Assembly (NCBI GenBank): GCA_963667015.2
Contig: CAXXJJ010000001.1
Coordinates: 512,001 to 576,000 of the forward strand
Reading direction: 5' to 3'
DNA length: 64,000 nucleotides
Origin: Desulfatiglandales bacterium
GTDB lineage: Bacteria > Desulfobacterota > DSM-4660 > Desulfatiglandales > HGW-15
Shown here: piece by piece, positions 27,859-38,456 of the stretch
How the letters are laid out: every line of letters begins with the position of its first letter
Numbering within the stretch: the stretch's first letter is position 1
Position numbers and translations under genes: made by a program
Notes under the pieces: generated by a model
Told to the model about the DNA's origin: nothing
Seen by the model: only the letters and a program-made list of their open reading frames with translations
Database searches by the model: none

Positions 27859-29673
27859 ATGAATAGCCTAACACCTGAAATGATTCTTGTAATATCAATG
27901 ATTGCTGTTGCTGTATTCCTGTTTATCACTGAATGGATAAGGCTTGATGTAGTTGCGATCCTGATGATGGTTACACTCCCCCTGCTGCATCTGGTAACTC
28001 CTGCAGAGGCTATTGGCGGTTTAAGCAGTAACGCGGTGGTATCTATCATAGCGGTTATAATAATCGGAGCAGGTCTTGATAAGACAGGCCTTATAAACAA
28101 GCTTGTAAAACCCATCCTTAAAATCGCAGGTAAAAGTCAGTCTAACATTATTATCGCTATATCGATGGCTATTGCGGTTATTTCAAGCTTCATGCAGAAT
28201 ATAGGTGCAGCCGCTCTTTTTCTTCCTGCAATCCAGCGTATAAGTAAATCATTCAACATACCCATAAGCAGACTTTTGATGCCGATAGGTTTCAGCGCTA
28301 TACTTGGGGGAACCATAACCCTTGTCGGATCAAGCCCGCTTATCCTTCTAAACGATCTGATAATTCCATTTAACCTGAAACCCTTCTCTTTATTTGATGT
28401 AACTCCGGTTGGGCTTTCTCTTGTGGTATGCGGAATAATTTATTTTATTATTTTCGGCAGATTTGTTCTTCCCCAGGGTTCAAAAAATATCCAGGAGGAG
28501 ATTAATTCTACAGCACAAATATCTGACAGTCCCATTGATGAGATAGGCACCCCCTACGAACTCAGGACCCCTGAAAACTTTACCGATTACCGTGAACCGG
28601 TAAGGGTGGATGACCTCAGGAAAAACTACCTGGTAAATGTTGTGGCCATTACTGAACCGCCTGACATCAAGGTTAAATCACCATCGGGCGACACAATTAT
28701 CCGGTCAAAGGTAGATCTGGTAGTTTTCGGTAAGAAAAAGGATGTTGAGAGGATGGCAAAGGTGGAGGACATGATCCTCAAGGAAAACCTGCAGACCTTT
28801 GTAAATGATATTGATTCACAGAACAGCGGGACAGTTGAGGCGGTTGTTGCACCAAGATCTTCATTTGCAGGTAAAAATATAAACAGGGTCAACCTCCAGG
28901 AGAAATATTCGGTAACGCCCATGGCAATATACCGGCAGGGTGAAATATATCGATCTCATATTGATGAACTTCCTCTCCAGGTCGGAGATTCAATTTTGAT
29001 ACACGGAACATGGACAAAACTGAAAATGCTTCATGATGAAGGCGATCTGCTTTTTACGACTCCTGTGGATGTTGAACTGATGAGGCCTGAAAAGGCTGCC
29101 CTGGCCGGAATATGGCTGGCGATATCGCTTACAATGATACTCGTCTTTAAAATTCAGCTTTCCATATGTCTTTTGACAGGGGCTGTAGGCATGGTCATTA
29201 CCAAGGTGCTTAACATTGATGAGGCATATGATTCGGTTGACTGGCGGACAGTTTTCCTGCTTGCCGGGCTCATTCCCTTGGGCGCGGCAACCGAAAAGAC
29301 AGGTACTGCAGCATGGATAGCAAAGACAGTATTATCTGCCACCGGAGAGGTAGAGCCTATAGTACTCATGAGCATTATTGCTGTCCTTTCCACTGTCTTT
29401 ACACTTGTTATTTCAAATGTGGGTGCAACAGTGCTTCTTGTGCCCCTTGTAGTAAACATGGCATCAGAGGTTGGCGCTGATCCGCGTATGGCAGCGCTTA
29501 TAGTCGGTATTGCCACCAGTAACTCCTTCCTGCTTCCGACGCACCAGGTTAACGCCCTTTACATGGGGCCGGGCAGGTATCGGAGTGTGGATTTCATGAA
29601 GGCCGGCGGTATCATGAGCGTACTTTTCATTCTGGTAATGATAGGGTCCATTTATGTCTTTTACGGTTTTTAA
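27859..29673 (+). CDS. SLC13/DASS family permease with TrkA-C domains
   Basis: SSFMQNIGA, GGTITLVGSS, SNVGA and PTHQVNA motifs. Confidence 0.92.
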   Translation: MNSLTPEMILVISMIAVAVFLFITEWIRLDVVAILMMVTLPLLHLVTPAEAIGGLSSNAVVSIIAVIIIGAGLDKTGLINKLVKPILKIAGKSQSNIIIAISMAIAVISSFMQNIGAAALFLPAIQRISKSFNIPISRLLMPIGFSAILGGTITLVGSSPLILLNDLIIPFNLKPFSLFDVTPVGLSLVVCGIIYFIIFGRFVLPQGSKNIQEEINSTAQISDSPIDEIGTPYELRTPENFTDYREPVRVDDLRKNYLVNVVAITEPPDIKVKSPSGDTIIRSKVDLVVFGKKKDVERMAKVEDMILKENLQTFVNDIDSQNSGTVEAVVAPRSSFAGKNINRVNLQEKYSVTPMAIYRQGEIYRSHIDELPLQVGDSILIHGTWTKLKMLHDEGDLLFTTPVDVELMRPEKAALAGIWLAISLTMILVFKIQLSICLLTGAVGMVITKVLNIDEAYDSVDWRTVFLLAGLIPLGAATEKTGTAAWIAKTVLSATGEVEPIVLMSIIAVLSTVFTLVISNVGATVLLVPLVVNMASEVGADPRMAALIVGIATSNSFLLPTHQVNALYMGPGRYRSVDFMKAGGIMSVLFILVMIGSIYVFYGF

Positions 29674-29697
29674 AATAAAAAATAACAGGGAGCAAAA

Positions 29698-30510
29698 ATG
29701 TCAATAATTACAATATCACGCGGTTCCTACAGTATGGGCAAGGAAGTAGCCGAAAAGGTAGCTGAAAAACTCGGGTACCAGTGCCTGAGCCGGGAGGTAA
29801 TCCTGGATGCAAGCGACCTTTACCAGATTCCTGAGATAAAACTGGTTAAGGCAATACATGATTCCCCAGGTATACTGGATCGTATCGGGGGAAGCAAAAA
29901 GGCCTATGTTGCATATTATCAGAGTGCCCTGGCGGGCAGGATCAAAAATGATAATGTTGTATATCATGGCCTTGCAGGGCATGTCCTGTTAAAGGGAATA
30001 CCTCATGTACTCAAGGTAAGAATTATCGCGGATCTTGAAGACCGTGTTGCCATAGAGATGAAAAGAGAAAATGTCACCAGGCAGGAGGCTCTGGATATAA
30101 TAAAGAAGGATGACGAGGAACGCCGGAAATGGACCCAGAGCCTTTATGGAGTCGATCCCTGGGACAGCCATCTTTATGACCTTGTTGTGCATATTCATAA
30201 ATTCACGGTGGACGATGCAGTAAATTTAATCTGTGAGGCAGCAAATCTCAATCAGTTCAAGGCAACAAATGAGAGTCAGAAAAAGATGAATGATCTGGCA
30301 CTTGCAAGCAGGGTCAAGGCATTTCTCATAGAAAAACATTTTGATGTATCGGTGTTAAGCGAATCCGGAAACATCGTTATATATGCAAAGGGAGATGACC
30401 GCCTAACCGGTAAAATTGATGAGGCACTTAAAAAGCTGTCTGAAACGGTTGAGGGGATAAATAATATTGAAATTCACCAGAATATTTCGCCCCATGAAAA
30501 GGCAATATAA
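29698..30510 (+). CDS. Cytidylate kinase-like family protein
   Basis: ITISRGSYSMG, YHGLAGH and DDEERRKW...YD motifs. Confidence 0.88.
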   Translation: MSIITISRGSYSMGKEVAEKVAEKLGYQCLSREVILDASDLYQIPEIKLVKAIHDSPGILDRIGGSKKAYVAYYQSALAGRIKNDNVVYHGLAGHVLLKGIPHVLKVRIIADLEDRVAIEMKRENVTRQEALDIIKKDDEERRKWTQSLYGVDPWDSHLYDLVVHIHKFTVDDAVNLICEAANLNQFKATNESQKKMNDLALASRVKAFLIEKHFDVSVLSESGNIVIYAKGDDRLTGKIDEALKKLSETVEGINNIEIHQNISPHEKAI

Positions 30511-30532
30511 TTTTATTGTGAAAGGATAATCC

Positions 30533-31360
30533 ATGTCCATTATAATTATTTCATCAGATTCACCGGAGATTGAAAAGAAGACTGCCGGATTGATTGCCGA
30601 ATCCCTTGGTTATGAGGTCCTAGATAGAGAGAGCATTCTTCCCAAAATAGCCGAAAAGCATGGGACTTCCGCTGATGATCTTATCAAAGTCCTTGAAAAA
30701 CGGCCTTCTGTATTCAGATCATCAGTCAGACAGTGGAACCTGCTTCTTTCCTATATACAGGAGGCGACAGTTGAAGAACTTCGGAGAGACAATCTGGTAT
30801 GCCATGGGCTGGCAGCTCATTTATATGTTCTTGGCGTATCCCATGTTTTAAGGGTCAGGATATTGTCAAAGGAGGATGAAAAACTGCGCGAGGTTATGGC
30901 TCATACAGGTATAACAAGGCAGGCAGCCCGGAAACTTCTTGATAAAGAAAAAAAATATCGTTCACGATGGTCTTCGGATCTGTATGATCTGGATGAAACC
31001 GATTCATCAAGGTACGATTTTTCCATAAGCCTGGATAATATTGATCTGGAAGATGCAATTAAAATGATTGAGGAAACAATATCCTACAGGCGTTTCAGGG
31101 CTATGACCTATTCAATAAGATGTATGGAGGATCTTGCCATTGTTTCCAGGGCGCGTGCCATCCTGATAAAACGTTTTCCGGATGTTAGAATTCAGGCCAG
31201 TGGAGGAAGGCTTATAATTTCACTGCTTTCACTTAAAAGAGAAAAAGTGAAAAAGACCAAAATAATAAAGGAAATGACAAATGATATAGAGGGCGTTGAC
31301 TATGTAGAGGTGCATGTTTTTAATGATTATTTTGGTCAGGCAGCAGAAAGCTTCCGGTAA
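30533..31360 (+). CDS. Cytidylate kinase-like family protein (degenerate P-loop paralogue)
   Basis: Paralogue of the previous gene (HGLAAH, HVLRVRI). Confidence 0.82.
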   Translation: MSIIIISSDSPEIEKKTAGLIAESLGYEVLDRESILPKIAEKHGTSADDLIKVLEKRPSVFRSSVRQWNLLLSYIQEATVEELRRDNLVCHGLAAHLYVLGVSHVLRVRILSKEDEKLREVMAHTGITRQAARKLLDKEKKYRSRWSSDLYDLDETDSSRYDFSISLDNIDLEDAIKMIEETISYRRFRAMTYSIRCMEDLAIVSRARAILIKRFPDVRIQASGGRLIISLLSLKREKVKKTKIIKEMTNDIEGVDYVEVHVFNDYFGQAAESFR

Positions 31361-31461
31361 TGATTTGTCGGGTAAAAATATAATCCGTTTTTACAGGATT
31401 GAAAAAGTGTTAATATAGTTAATGTCATGGCAGAAACAATAAAAGACAACAGGAGAAAAAA

Positions 31462-31860
31462 ATGAGTGAAAATCTCGAGGTCTTGCTTTTGGATGACGAG
31501 CCAATTGTGGGTAAAAGACTGAAACCGGCCCTTGAAAAGATCGGATGCAGTGTAGAGGTTTTTATAAATCCTCATACTGCGCTTGAGAGAATTGACGAAA
31601 AGTTGTTCGATATAGTAGTAAGTGATATACGCATGGATGATATCGACGGAATACAGGTGCTTGACCATGTTATGAATAAATCGCAACATACTAAAGTCAT
31701 TCTTATTACCGGTTATGCAATGATGTCCCTTGCGCGGGAGGCAATGGAAAAGGGCGCCTTTGATTTTATTGCCAAACCTTTCCAGCCCGATGACCTGAGG
31801 GCGGTTATTGCAAAGGCTGCAAAGGCACTGGGTTCATCTGTAAATTTCGAGAATAATTAA
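31462..31860 (+). CDS. Single-domain response regulator
   Basis: LDDE, DIRM, ITGY and KPF motifs. Confidence 0.93.
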   Translation: MSENLEVLLLDDEPIVGKRLKPALEKIGCSVEVFINPHTALERIDEKLFDIVVSDIRMDDIDGIQVLDHVMNKSQHTKVILITGYAMMSLAREAMEKGAFDFIAKPFQPDDLRAVIAKAAKALGSSVNFENN

Positions 31861-31867
31861 GGTCAGA

Positions 31868-33439
31868 ATGCCGATTAAGCCGGAAATATTTGATGAAGAT
31901 AACAGGGCTGTCCCGATATTGCCCCCGCGGGATGATACAGAGAGAACAGAATCTGTTCACGACGCACTCTTAAGAAGGCGTTATTTAAGTGTCAGGCTTC
32001 AGTTATTTATTGGTTTCCTTGTTGTTTTTCTTTTTGCAGCGGGTGTTGCCGGGTTATTTTTTTTATATACCAATAAGGTTGAAGAAAAGCTAAGGATACT
32101 GGAGATTGTAGATGACTTTGTAATAGAAATTCAGCAGGCCCGTCGCGATGAAAAAAATTATTTTCTTCATGGAACCAACCTGAGTGATGCCCTTGAAAAC
32201 GCATACAGGGCAAAAGATATTTTTGAGAGAAATACAAAGGAGTTGATGGAACTCCGGAAAGATACAGATCAAAAACCAATTTCTTCTGATATAAATCTCT
32301 ATGAGGAATCTCTAAAAAAGCTGGTAGAGCTTGACGAAAGAAACCTGGATACACGTGAATATGAAAAGAAAAAGAAACAGATTGAGCTTGAACTGAGGAA
32401 ACACGGACAAAAAATGGTCTCCTTTGCTGAAGAACTGATGAAGCAGGAGAAATCAGCTTTAGAAAAAACACTCAAAAATTCAAAGGACATCCAGTTATAT
32501 TCTCTGGCTGTACTGCTTATTATTGTTATTTTTAACACCTATGTTCTCGCAGGACGAATACTAAGTGCCATTAAAAGATTCACCGCTTATACAAGACGGA
32601 TTGCTTCGGGAGACTTTACCCCTATTAGGCCTGAACGTCCTTTTCGTGATGAATTCACGGACCTTGCCGTCAGCATTAATCAGATGATGAGAGAGATTGA
32701 AAAGCACGGAACCGTTCTCATTCAGTCACATAAAATGAGAGCGATCGGCACCCTGACAGCAGGGGTTGCACATGAATTGAACAATCCTCTGAACAATATC
32801 ACCCTGACTGCACATATGCTGCTGGAAGATTATGGTGTCCTGTCGGACGATGATCGCAAAGAAATGGTGCAGGATATAGTATCCGAATCAAAAAGATCCA
32901 CCAACATCATCAGTAACCTTCTTGACTTTGCAAGGGAAAGCGGATCACAACTGGAACCGCTGGAACTGAAGCAGCTTCTGGAAGACACAATAAACCTGGC
33001 GGTTAACCAGATTAAATTATCCGGAATTAGTATCGAGTTTCAGGCAACTGACAATCTTCCAAGAATACATGGAGACAGCCAGCAGTTAAGGCAGGTATTT
33101 CTTAATCTTATATTAAATGCCATAGACGCATCTTCAAAAGGAAGTGTTATTAAGGTGATTGTCCTGCCTGCGGATGAACCGAATTTTGTTGCTGTCAAAA
33201 TTATAGATAATGGAAAAGGCATCCCGGAGCATATCCTGGGTTCGATATTTGATCCCTTTTTTACTACAAAGGAAAAGGGAAAGGGTACAGGCCTTGGTTT
33301 AAGCGTGTCCCAGGGGATAGTGGTAAAGCATGGCGGTAAAATCAGGGTAAGCAGCATGGTAGATCAGGGTACAACCTTTACTGTTACCCTTCCCGTAACA
33401 ACCATCCCGGCGGAGATATCCTCAGAGAAGAAGGTATAA
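31868..33439 (+). CDS. HAMP-domain sensor histidine kinase
   Basis: AHELNNPL H-box; N, G1, F and G2 boxes. Confidence 0.95.
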   Translation: MPIKPEIFDEDNRAVPILPPRDDTERTESVHDALLRRRYLSVRLQLFIGFLVVFLFAAGVAGLFFLYTNKVEEKLRILEIVDDFVIEIQQARRDEKNYFLHGTNLSDALENAYRAKDIFERNTKELMELRKDTDQKPISSDINLYEESLKKLVELDERNLDTREYEKKKKQIELELRKHGQKMVSFAEELMKQEKSALEKTLKNSKDIQLYSLAVLLIIVIFNTYVLAGRILSAIKRFTAYTRRIASGDFTPIRPERPFRDEFTDLAVSINQMMREIEKHGTVLIQSHKMRAIGTLTAGVAHELNNPLNNITLTAHMLLEDYGVLSDDDRKEMVQDIVSESKRSTNIISNLLDFARESGSQLEPLELKQLLEDTINLAVNQIKLSGISIEFQATDNLPRIHGDSQQLRQVFLNLILNAIDASSKGSVIKVIVLPADEPNFVAVKIIDNGKGIPEHILGSIFDPFFTTKEKGKGTGLGLSVSQGIVVKHGGKIRVSSMVDQGTTFTVTLPVTTIPAEISSEKKV

Positions 33440-33648
33440 AAGACAGGGCTTAAGGCGCTAGGAAAAAACATCGGGCAGAGCCATCTCTTACTCATGCTCC
33501 TGCTCTTTCTCTTAATCCCTTTTTTAAAGCAGAGTAAGAGTATGATCAAGAGCAAGAGCTTTGTTCTGCGATAGCCATTAATTCTGTGGCTATTTTTTGT
33601 CTTTCTCCCTGAACCTTGTACCTTGAGCCCTGCGCCTCGTCTTTATCT

Positions 33649-34629
33649 TTATCCCTGCTTCAACGCCACAGTAAGAGAACTTATCTTCTGTCTTGCATCA
33701 TTAAACACCCCTGACAGATTCAGGGAATGGTTGGCAAAGATGCTGTCCGGATCACCGTTAAAGACTATCAACGGTTCGAAATTGCACCTGCCGAGATTTT
33801 CTATTATTTTGTCAATCATGCCCAGAGAATTTTTGTCCTGAAGCACGGAATAAAAATCCTTTCTTATCGCCTGGAATGACAGGTGCAGCGCATATGCCAC
33901 GCCCTGGGCATAATAAAAATTGTCATCTATCTCACTCCAGGGGATCTCAAGTTCAGTTTCTCTTTCCTCTGCCTCGTCCGCAGTATCCATTTTGACTGAA
34001 GGTGGAGTAATGGATCCCTGGGTAGCACTCACAAGTTTTGTGTTTACACCGCCCATAAGCGAAAGGTACTGGTCCAGGAGCTGAACCAGGTTATCGGCTC
34101 TCGGATAGAATGTTGATTTTCCGGAAATAAGATTGTCGTAGTACAGCCCAAGACTGTCATAGCCTTCTTTCCATTTGCTCTCCGCCGAAGGGAACAAGAA
34201 TTTATATGGATCATTAGATAATGAGGTGAAGGCCTTTTCTGCAAAGGGATCTATCTTATCGGTTGTTCTCATCCGGGTAAGGTTGTCTCTTAAAACCCTT
34301 ATGTTGTACCTGATTACCTCAAGCTCACCAAGCTGGAAGTTTGGCATATTGTCCAGAAAAATAGTAGGCCAGAATATATCATTGGGGAGCCAGTTGGCTT
34401 CCATCTGTTTTATAAGCGCCTGATTGGCCTTTACAAAATATGCACCCTTTTTATTTTCAGTAATACTGGTCAAATCTATCGGGTCAGGTTTAAAGGAGTT
34501 CTTAACCATCACAAAAAGGGAGAAAAGTATGAAGATTACAGCAATAACTGCGCCTATAAATGCCTTACCTTTTGAAGATTTACTATCGGTCCCTTTAACA
34601 GAATTTTTATCAGACATTATTTCCTCCAT
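33649..34629 (-). CDS. DUF2333-like protein
   Basis: WLPND..P..FLDNMPNFQLG, RADNL, DDNFYYAQG and ANHS motifs. Confidence 0.8.
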   Translation of the reverse strand: MEEIMSDKNSVKGTDSKSSKGKAFIGAVIAVIFILFSLFVMVKNSFKPDPIDLTSITENKKGAYFVKANQALIKQMEANWLPNDIFWPTIFLDNMPNFQLGELEVIRYNIRVLRDNLTRMRTTDKIDPFAEKAFTSLSNDPYKFLFPSAESKWKEGYDSLGLYYDNLISGKSTFYPRADNLVQLLDQYLSLMGGVNTKLVSATQGSITPPSVKMDTADEAEERETELEIPWSEIDDNFYYAQGVAYALHLSFQAIRKDFYSVLQDKNSLGMIDKIIENLGRCNFEPLIVFNGDPDSIFANHSLNLSGVFNDARQKISSLTVALKQG

Positions 34630-34722
34630 GACCGGTTTTATAATTTTACATTAGTAGGTTTCGATTTATATTAAAAAATCATTATACCTTAAATTCCCGG
34701 GGCTAGGGAAGCGGTTCAACAG

Positions 34723-35895
34723 CTATTCCGCGATCTTTTTTTTAGCCCGCTTTTTACTTTTTTTAGCAGGGATCAAATCCTTGAGTGTTATTCTTTTACC
34801 AAAACATAATAAAATATCTCCAGGCAGGATCTCACGATCACCCCTGGGGTTTGGAATAGAAATGCTTCCTCTTATAATGTTCAGTATCAGTATGTCCCTT
34901 TCCCTGAGGCTGCTGTCTCTAATGGTTTTATGAGCCAGTCCTGATTTCTTGCCCACGGGTATCTCAGCTATGGAATAACCTGCTTTCAGTGTTAATCTCT
35001 GTCTTATATCAACCTCGGGAAATAATGCAGCGTCTTCGAGGAATTCAATAACCGCATCCGCTACATCAATGCCCGTTGCTTTTTCTATACCTTCTAAACC
35101 GGGCGAAGAGTTGACTTCCATTACCTGCGGCCCCTCTTTGCTCTCAAGAAGATCCACGCCTGCCACATTCAACCCGAGGATTTGTGCTGCATGAATGGCT
35201 GTGTTTTCGTATTGAGAATCAAGTTCCACGGCCTCGACCCTTCCTCCCCTGTGAACATTGCTCCTGAATTCATCTCCTGATGCTATTCTCCGCATAGCTG
35301 CTACAACCCGCCCTCCAACAACAAAACAGCGGATATCTCTTCCTTTGCTTTCTTTAATAAATTTTTGTATCAGGACGTTATGTCTTGTGCTTTGCAGAGT
35401 TTCCACAATCGCCTGGGCGGTTTTTTCAGTATCCGCCAGTATAACCCCCACCCCCTGTGTTCCTTCCAGAAGTTTTATTATAACCGGTGCACCCCCAACT
35501 TTTTTAATTGCAGGGAGAATTGAGTCTCTCCTGTTAACAAAGGCGCTTGTTGGTGTGCCGATATTGTGCCTGCTTAAAATCTGACTGGCCCTGAGCTTAT
35601 CCCTTGAAATTCTGATTGCCTGGGATGAATTAAGGGTTACAATTCCCATCTGCTCAAGATGGCGAACAACAGCTGTGCCATAAAAGGTTATTGATGAGCC
35701 AATCCTTGGTATTGCAGCATCATATCGGCCAAGGGGTTTATTGCTGTAATAAAGGTCGGGCCCCTCCTGGTCCACGAGAATTGAAAACTTTAATGTGTCA
35801 AGGATGCGTACTTCATGACCTCTCGTCTTTGCAGCCTCCTTTAGACGAGCAGTGCTGTATGCCCTGGGGCTTCTTGAAAGGATAGCAATTTTCAT
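34723..35895 (-). CDS. rimK: RimK-family ATP-grasp glutamate ligase with C-terminal TrkA-C domain
   Basis: IPRIG, EGTQGVGV, FRSNVHRGG and EVNSSPGLEGIE motifs; ~90-aa RCK_C-like tail. Confidence 0.92.
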   Translation of the reverse strand: MKIAILSRSPRAYSTARLKEAAKTRGHEVRILDTLKFSILVDQEGPDLYYSNKPLGRYDAAIPRIGSSITFYGTAVVRHLEQMGIVTLNSSQAIRISRDKLRASQILSRHNIGTPTSAFVNRRDSILPAIKKVGGAPVIIKLLEGTQGVGVILADTEKTAQAIVETLQSTRHNVLIQKFIKESKGRDIRCFVVGGRVVAAMRRIASGDEFRSNVHRGGRVEAVELDSQYENTAIHAAQILGLNVAGVDLLESKEGPQVMEVNSSPGLEGIEKATGIDVADAVIEFLEDAALFPEVDIRQRLTLKAGYSIAEIPVGKKSGLAHKTIRDSSLRERDILILNIIRGSISIPNPRGDREILPGDILLCFGKRITLKDLIPAKKSKKRAKKKIAE

Positions 35896-35924
35896 AATTA
35901 AACCTTTTATAATTAATTGATTTG

Positions 35925-36965
35925 TTAATTAAATTGAGGGTATATCTCTTCGGGATTCCACTCTTCTGTGAATGAAAAGTCATCCTGTTCACCCTCATTA
36001 CCTTTGAAACGGGCGACATGAAACAGTGCGTCACCTTTATTCACAAGGGGAAGACGTAAGTTGGAAATTACAATACCTTCTGCCGGGGATTTTACGATTA
36101 TTTCATCTTCACCCATGGGGCCGGAAATCCGGGCGAGCTGTTCTCCTGTTGTTACATGTGCTCCAAGGGGGCAGTCCAGTTTTAGTATTCCACTCTGGGG
36201 TGCCCGTACCCATGTAGTTGAGTTGGCTGTAAAAGTGTTAAATTTTGATTTATAGGGTCTTCCCTTCAACATCCCAAGTATTCTCATAACAGACAGTATT
36301 CCTGCCACACCAAGCCTGATGGAAAACTCATCAAAACGCAGAACTTCTCCGGCTTCATACAGCAGGAAGGGTTTTCCGTTCTCAACAACAGACTGACGCA
36401 GTGAGCCGTCCCTCAGATTTGAATTCAAAATTACCGGTGCACCAAAGGCGTTGGCAAGTCTTACTGTTTCGTCATTATCCAGGCATGCCCTGATCTGGGG
36501 AAGGTTGAACTTGTGACCCGATGCCGTGTGAAGATCAATTCCATGTGTGCATTTTTTTACTATTTCATCTGTAAAAAGCCTTGCTAGGCGTGAAGCAAGA
36601 GATCCTTCTTCATTTCCCGGAAATGACCTGTTAAGGTCTCTGCGGTCAGGGAGATATCGATTGTGTGTTATAAAACCGTGGACATTTACCACAGGCACGG
36701 CAATCAATGTGCCTCTCAGTTTTGAAAGTGAATTATGTGCAAGGAGGCGGCGTATTATTTCAACACCGTTTATCTCGTCACCATGAATAACCCCTGACAC
36801 AAAAAGCCTGGGCCCCCTGGTTTTGCCGGAAATTACCCTTACCGGAATGGTTATGGGTGTATGTGTGTAAAGTTCGCCTGCCTGAAGTTCAATTATTTTT
36901 GATTCTCCGGGCTTTACGATATTTCCGGCAATCTCGAAATTATCATTTTTTTTACCTGTCTTCAT
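35925..36965 (-). CDS. Succinylglutamate desuccinylase/aspartoacylase family protein
   Basis: HGDEING, DLNRSFPG, IDLHT and YEAGE motifs. Confidence 0.92.
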   Translation of the reverse strand: MKTGKKNDNFEIAGNIVKPGESKIIELQAGELYTHTPITIPVRVISGKTRGPRLFVSGVIHGDEINGVEIIRRLLAHNSLSKLRGTLIAVPVVNVHGFITHNRYLPDRRDLNRSFPGNEEGSLASRLARLFTDEIVKKCTHGIDLHTASGHKFNLPQIRACLDNDETVRLANAFGAPVILNSNLRDGSLRQSVVENGKPFLLYEAGEVLRFDEFSIRLGVAGILSVMRILGMLKGRPYKSKFNTFTANSTTWVRAPQSGILKLDCPLGAHVTTGEQLARISGPMGEDEIIVKSPAEGIVISNLRLPLVNKGDALFHVARFKGNEGEQDDFSFTEEWNPEEIYPQFN

Positions 36966-36967
36966 TT

Positions 36968-37441
36968 TTACACTGCTTTTAAAACTTTCTTTATAGGTTT
37001 TCCAAGGGTAAAGCTGAACTGCGGATCTATAATCAATTTATCAGATAATGCAGAACGGCCTATAAGAAGTCTGAACCGCATCTGTTCCCGATTTGTCAGG
37101 CTTAAATCAATGGGCCACATTCTGCCTGCCGCCATGAGAGATGTCCTAATTATATACCTGAGTTCAGGGTGCCCCCCGGAATCCACTATGCGACGCTGAT
37201 CAATAATGTCAGCAGTGCATATGATCCCTTTTTTATCACTTTTCTGCCTGGGGTGAACACCGAATCTGACCATCGGCCTGTCGGAACTATCGACAGGTTC
37301 TATAAAATATGTATGCAGAGCGGATGTCCTTGCACCTGTGTCCATCTTGGCTTTTATTGATTTAATACCAAGATCCGGAAGAGAAATCCACTCGCGCCAT
37401 CCAACAATCAGTTTTTTTTCATTACCGCCTGAATCTGACAT
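36968..37441 (-). CDS. RimK-associated retropepsin-like 'ATP-dependent zinc protease' family protein
   Basis: GWREW, AKMDTGARTSALH and MRFRLLIGR motifs. Confidence 0.92.
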   Translation of the reverse strand: MSDSGGNEKKLIVGWREWISLPDLGIKSIKAKMDTGARTSALHTYFIEPVDSSDRPMVRFGVHPRQKSDKKGIICTADIIDQRRIVDSGGHPELRYIIRTSLMAAGRMWPIDLSLTNREQMRFRLLIGRSALSDKLIIDPQFSFTLGKPIKKVLKAV

Positions 37442-38228
37442 GAAATCAGTTCTAAACCTTTCCTGAAATAACTTCTACAGAGAAAAATGTTTTTTGTTCT
37501 GTGTTAAAGCCGAAGAAAATAAGTATACCTTCTTTTTAAGGGGCTTTGCAATGTTTTGAAGTAGTCTCTCAGAATTGAATTCTAGAGATGCTGTTAAAAT
37601 CACAAATATCATTAGCGTCCAGCAGCTTGGCATGTAATGCCGGCAGTTGAAATCCATGGCAATTCATGGATTCGGGTGTTCAATCAGCCGGAGAGCCTGA
37701 AACAGGCTGGGTATCCCGATATAAGCTGTGACCGGGCGAGAAAAAACCGGCCGGGTTCGCTATGCTATGCTGCTGGGACATGGAGGCCTCTTAACCCGGC
37801 TGCAACACTCGTTTCATGATTTTGATCCTCAACCGATTTATGAATATGCTTCCGGGTCAAAATCATTCCAACTTCGTGTTTCACTTATGTTTATCAACCC
37901 TCGCTACGACGTCTACTGTAAAATCCGGGTTAAAGGATGAATGACACTCTTTCGCATTTAATAAAAATATTGGAAACCTACAAAAAAGACTGGTTGTCAA
38001 TATTTATAACTTAAAACCTATAATCATATTAGCAGATATACCTTGAAATATATTGTGTTCCTGTTGTAGCAAATAAAAGTATAGATATCGCCATGAACAG
38101 GGTGAGCCGGGCTTGAATTTGTTTATACTTAAAACTACACATTGATCATTGAAATTTCCCTTGCATTTTTGTGGTACGCACTTAATAATAAATAGCTATC
38201 TAACATACTATATTTATTGAGGTAAAAT

Positions 38229-38456
38229 ATGACAAAAACACAAGACTTGATTGATGAAGCAATTTCTCTCCCTATAGAGGAAAGGGCCTTACTGGTAGAT
38301 TATCTGCTTCGAAGCATGAATCCTTTGGATAAGGAAAACGATAAGAAATGGGCTGCAGAAGCCAAAAGGCGCCTGGAAGATCTGCGAACCGGTAAAGTAG
38401 CACCTGTATCAGGTGAAGAGGTATTTAATAAAATACGCAGCCGGTTTGAAAAATGA
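38229..38456 (+). CDS. Addiction module antitoxin (TIGR02574-like)
   Basis: LPIEERA.L...L...W..EA.RR pattern; ATGA overlap with the toxin gene. Confidence 0.88.
   Translation: MTKTQDLIDEAISLPIEERALLVDYLLRSMNPLDKENDKKWAAEAKRRLEDLRTGKVAPVSGEEVFNKIRSRFEK

Noticed and set aside
19934..37360. Numerous ORFs antisense to or nested in recognised genes
   Set aside because: Shadow ORFs without motifs, overlapping confidently assigned CDSs.
37791..37933. Retron msr-msd
   Set aside because: A flanking IR and inner hairpin fit loosely, but no reverse transcriptase is encoded in the window.
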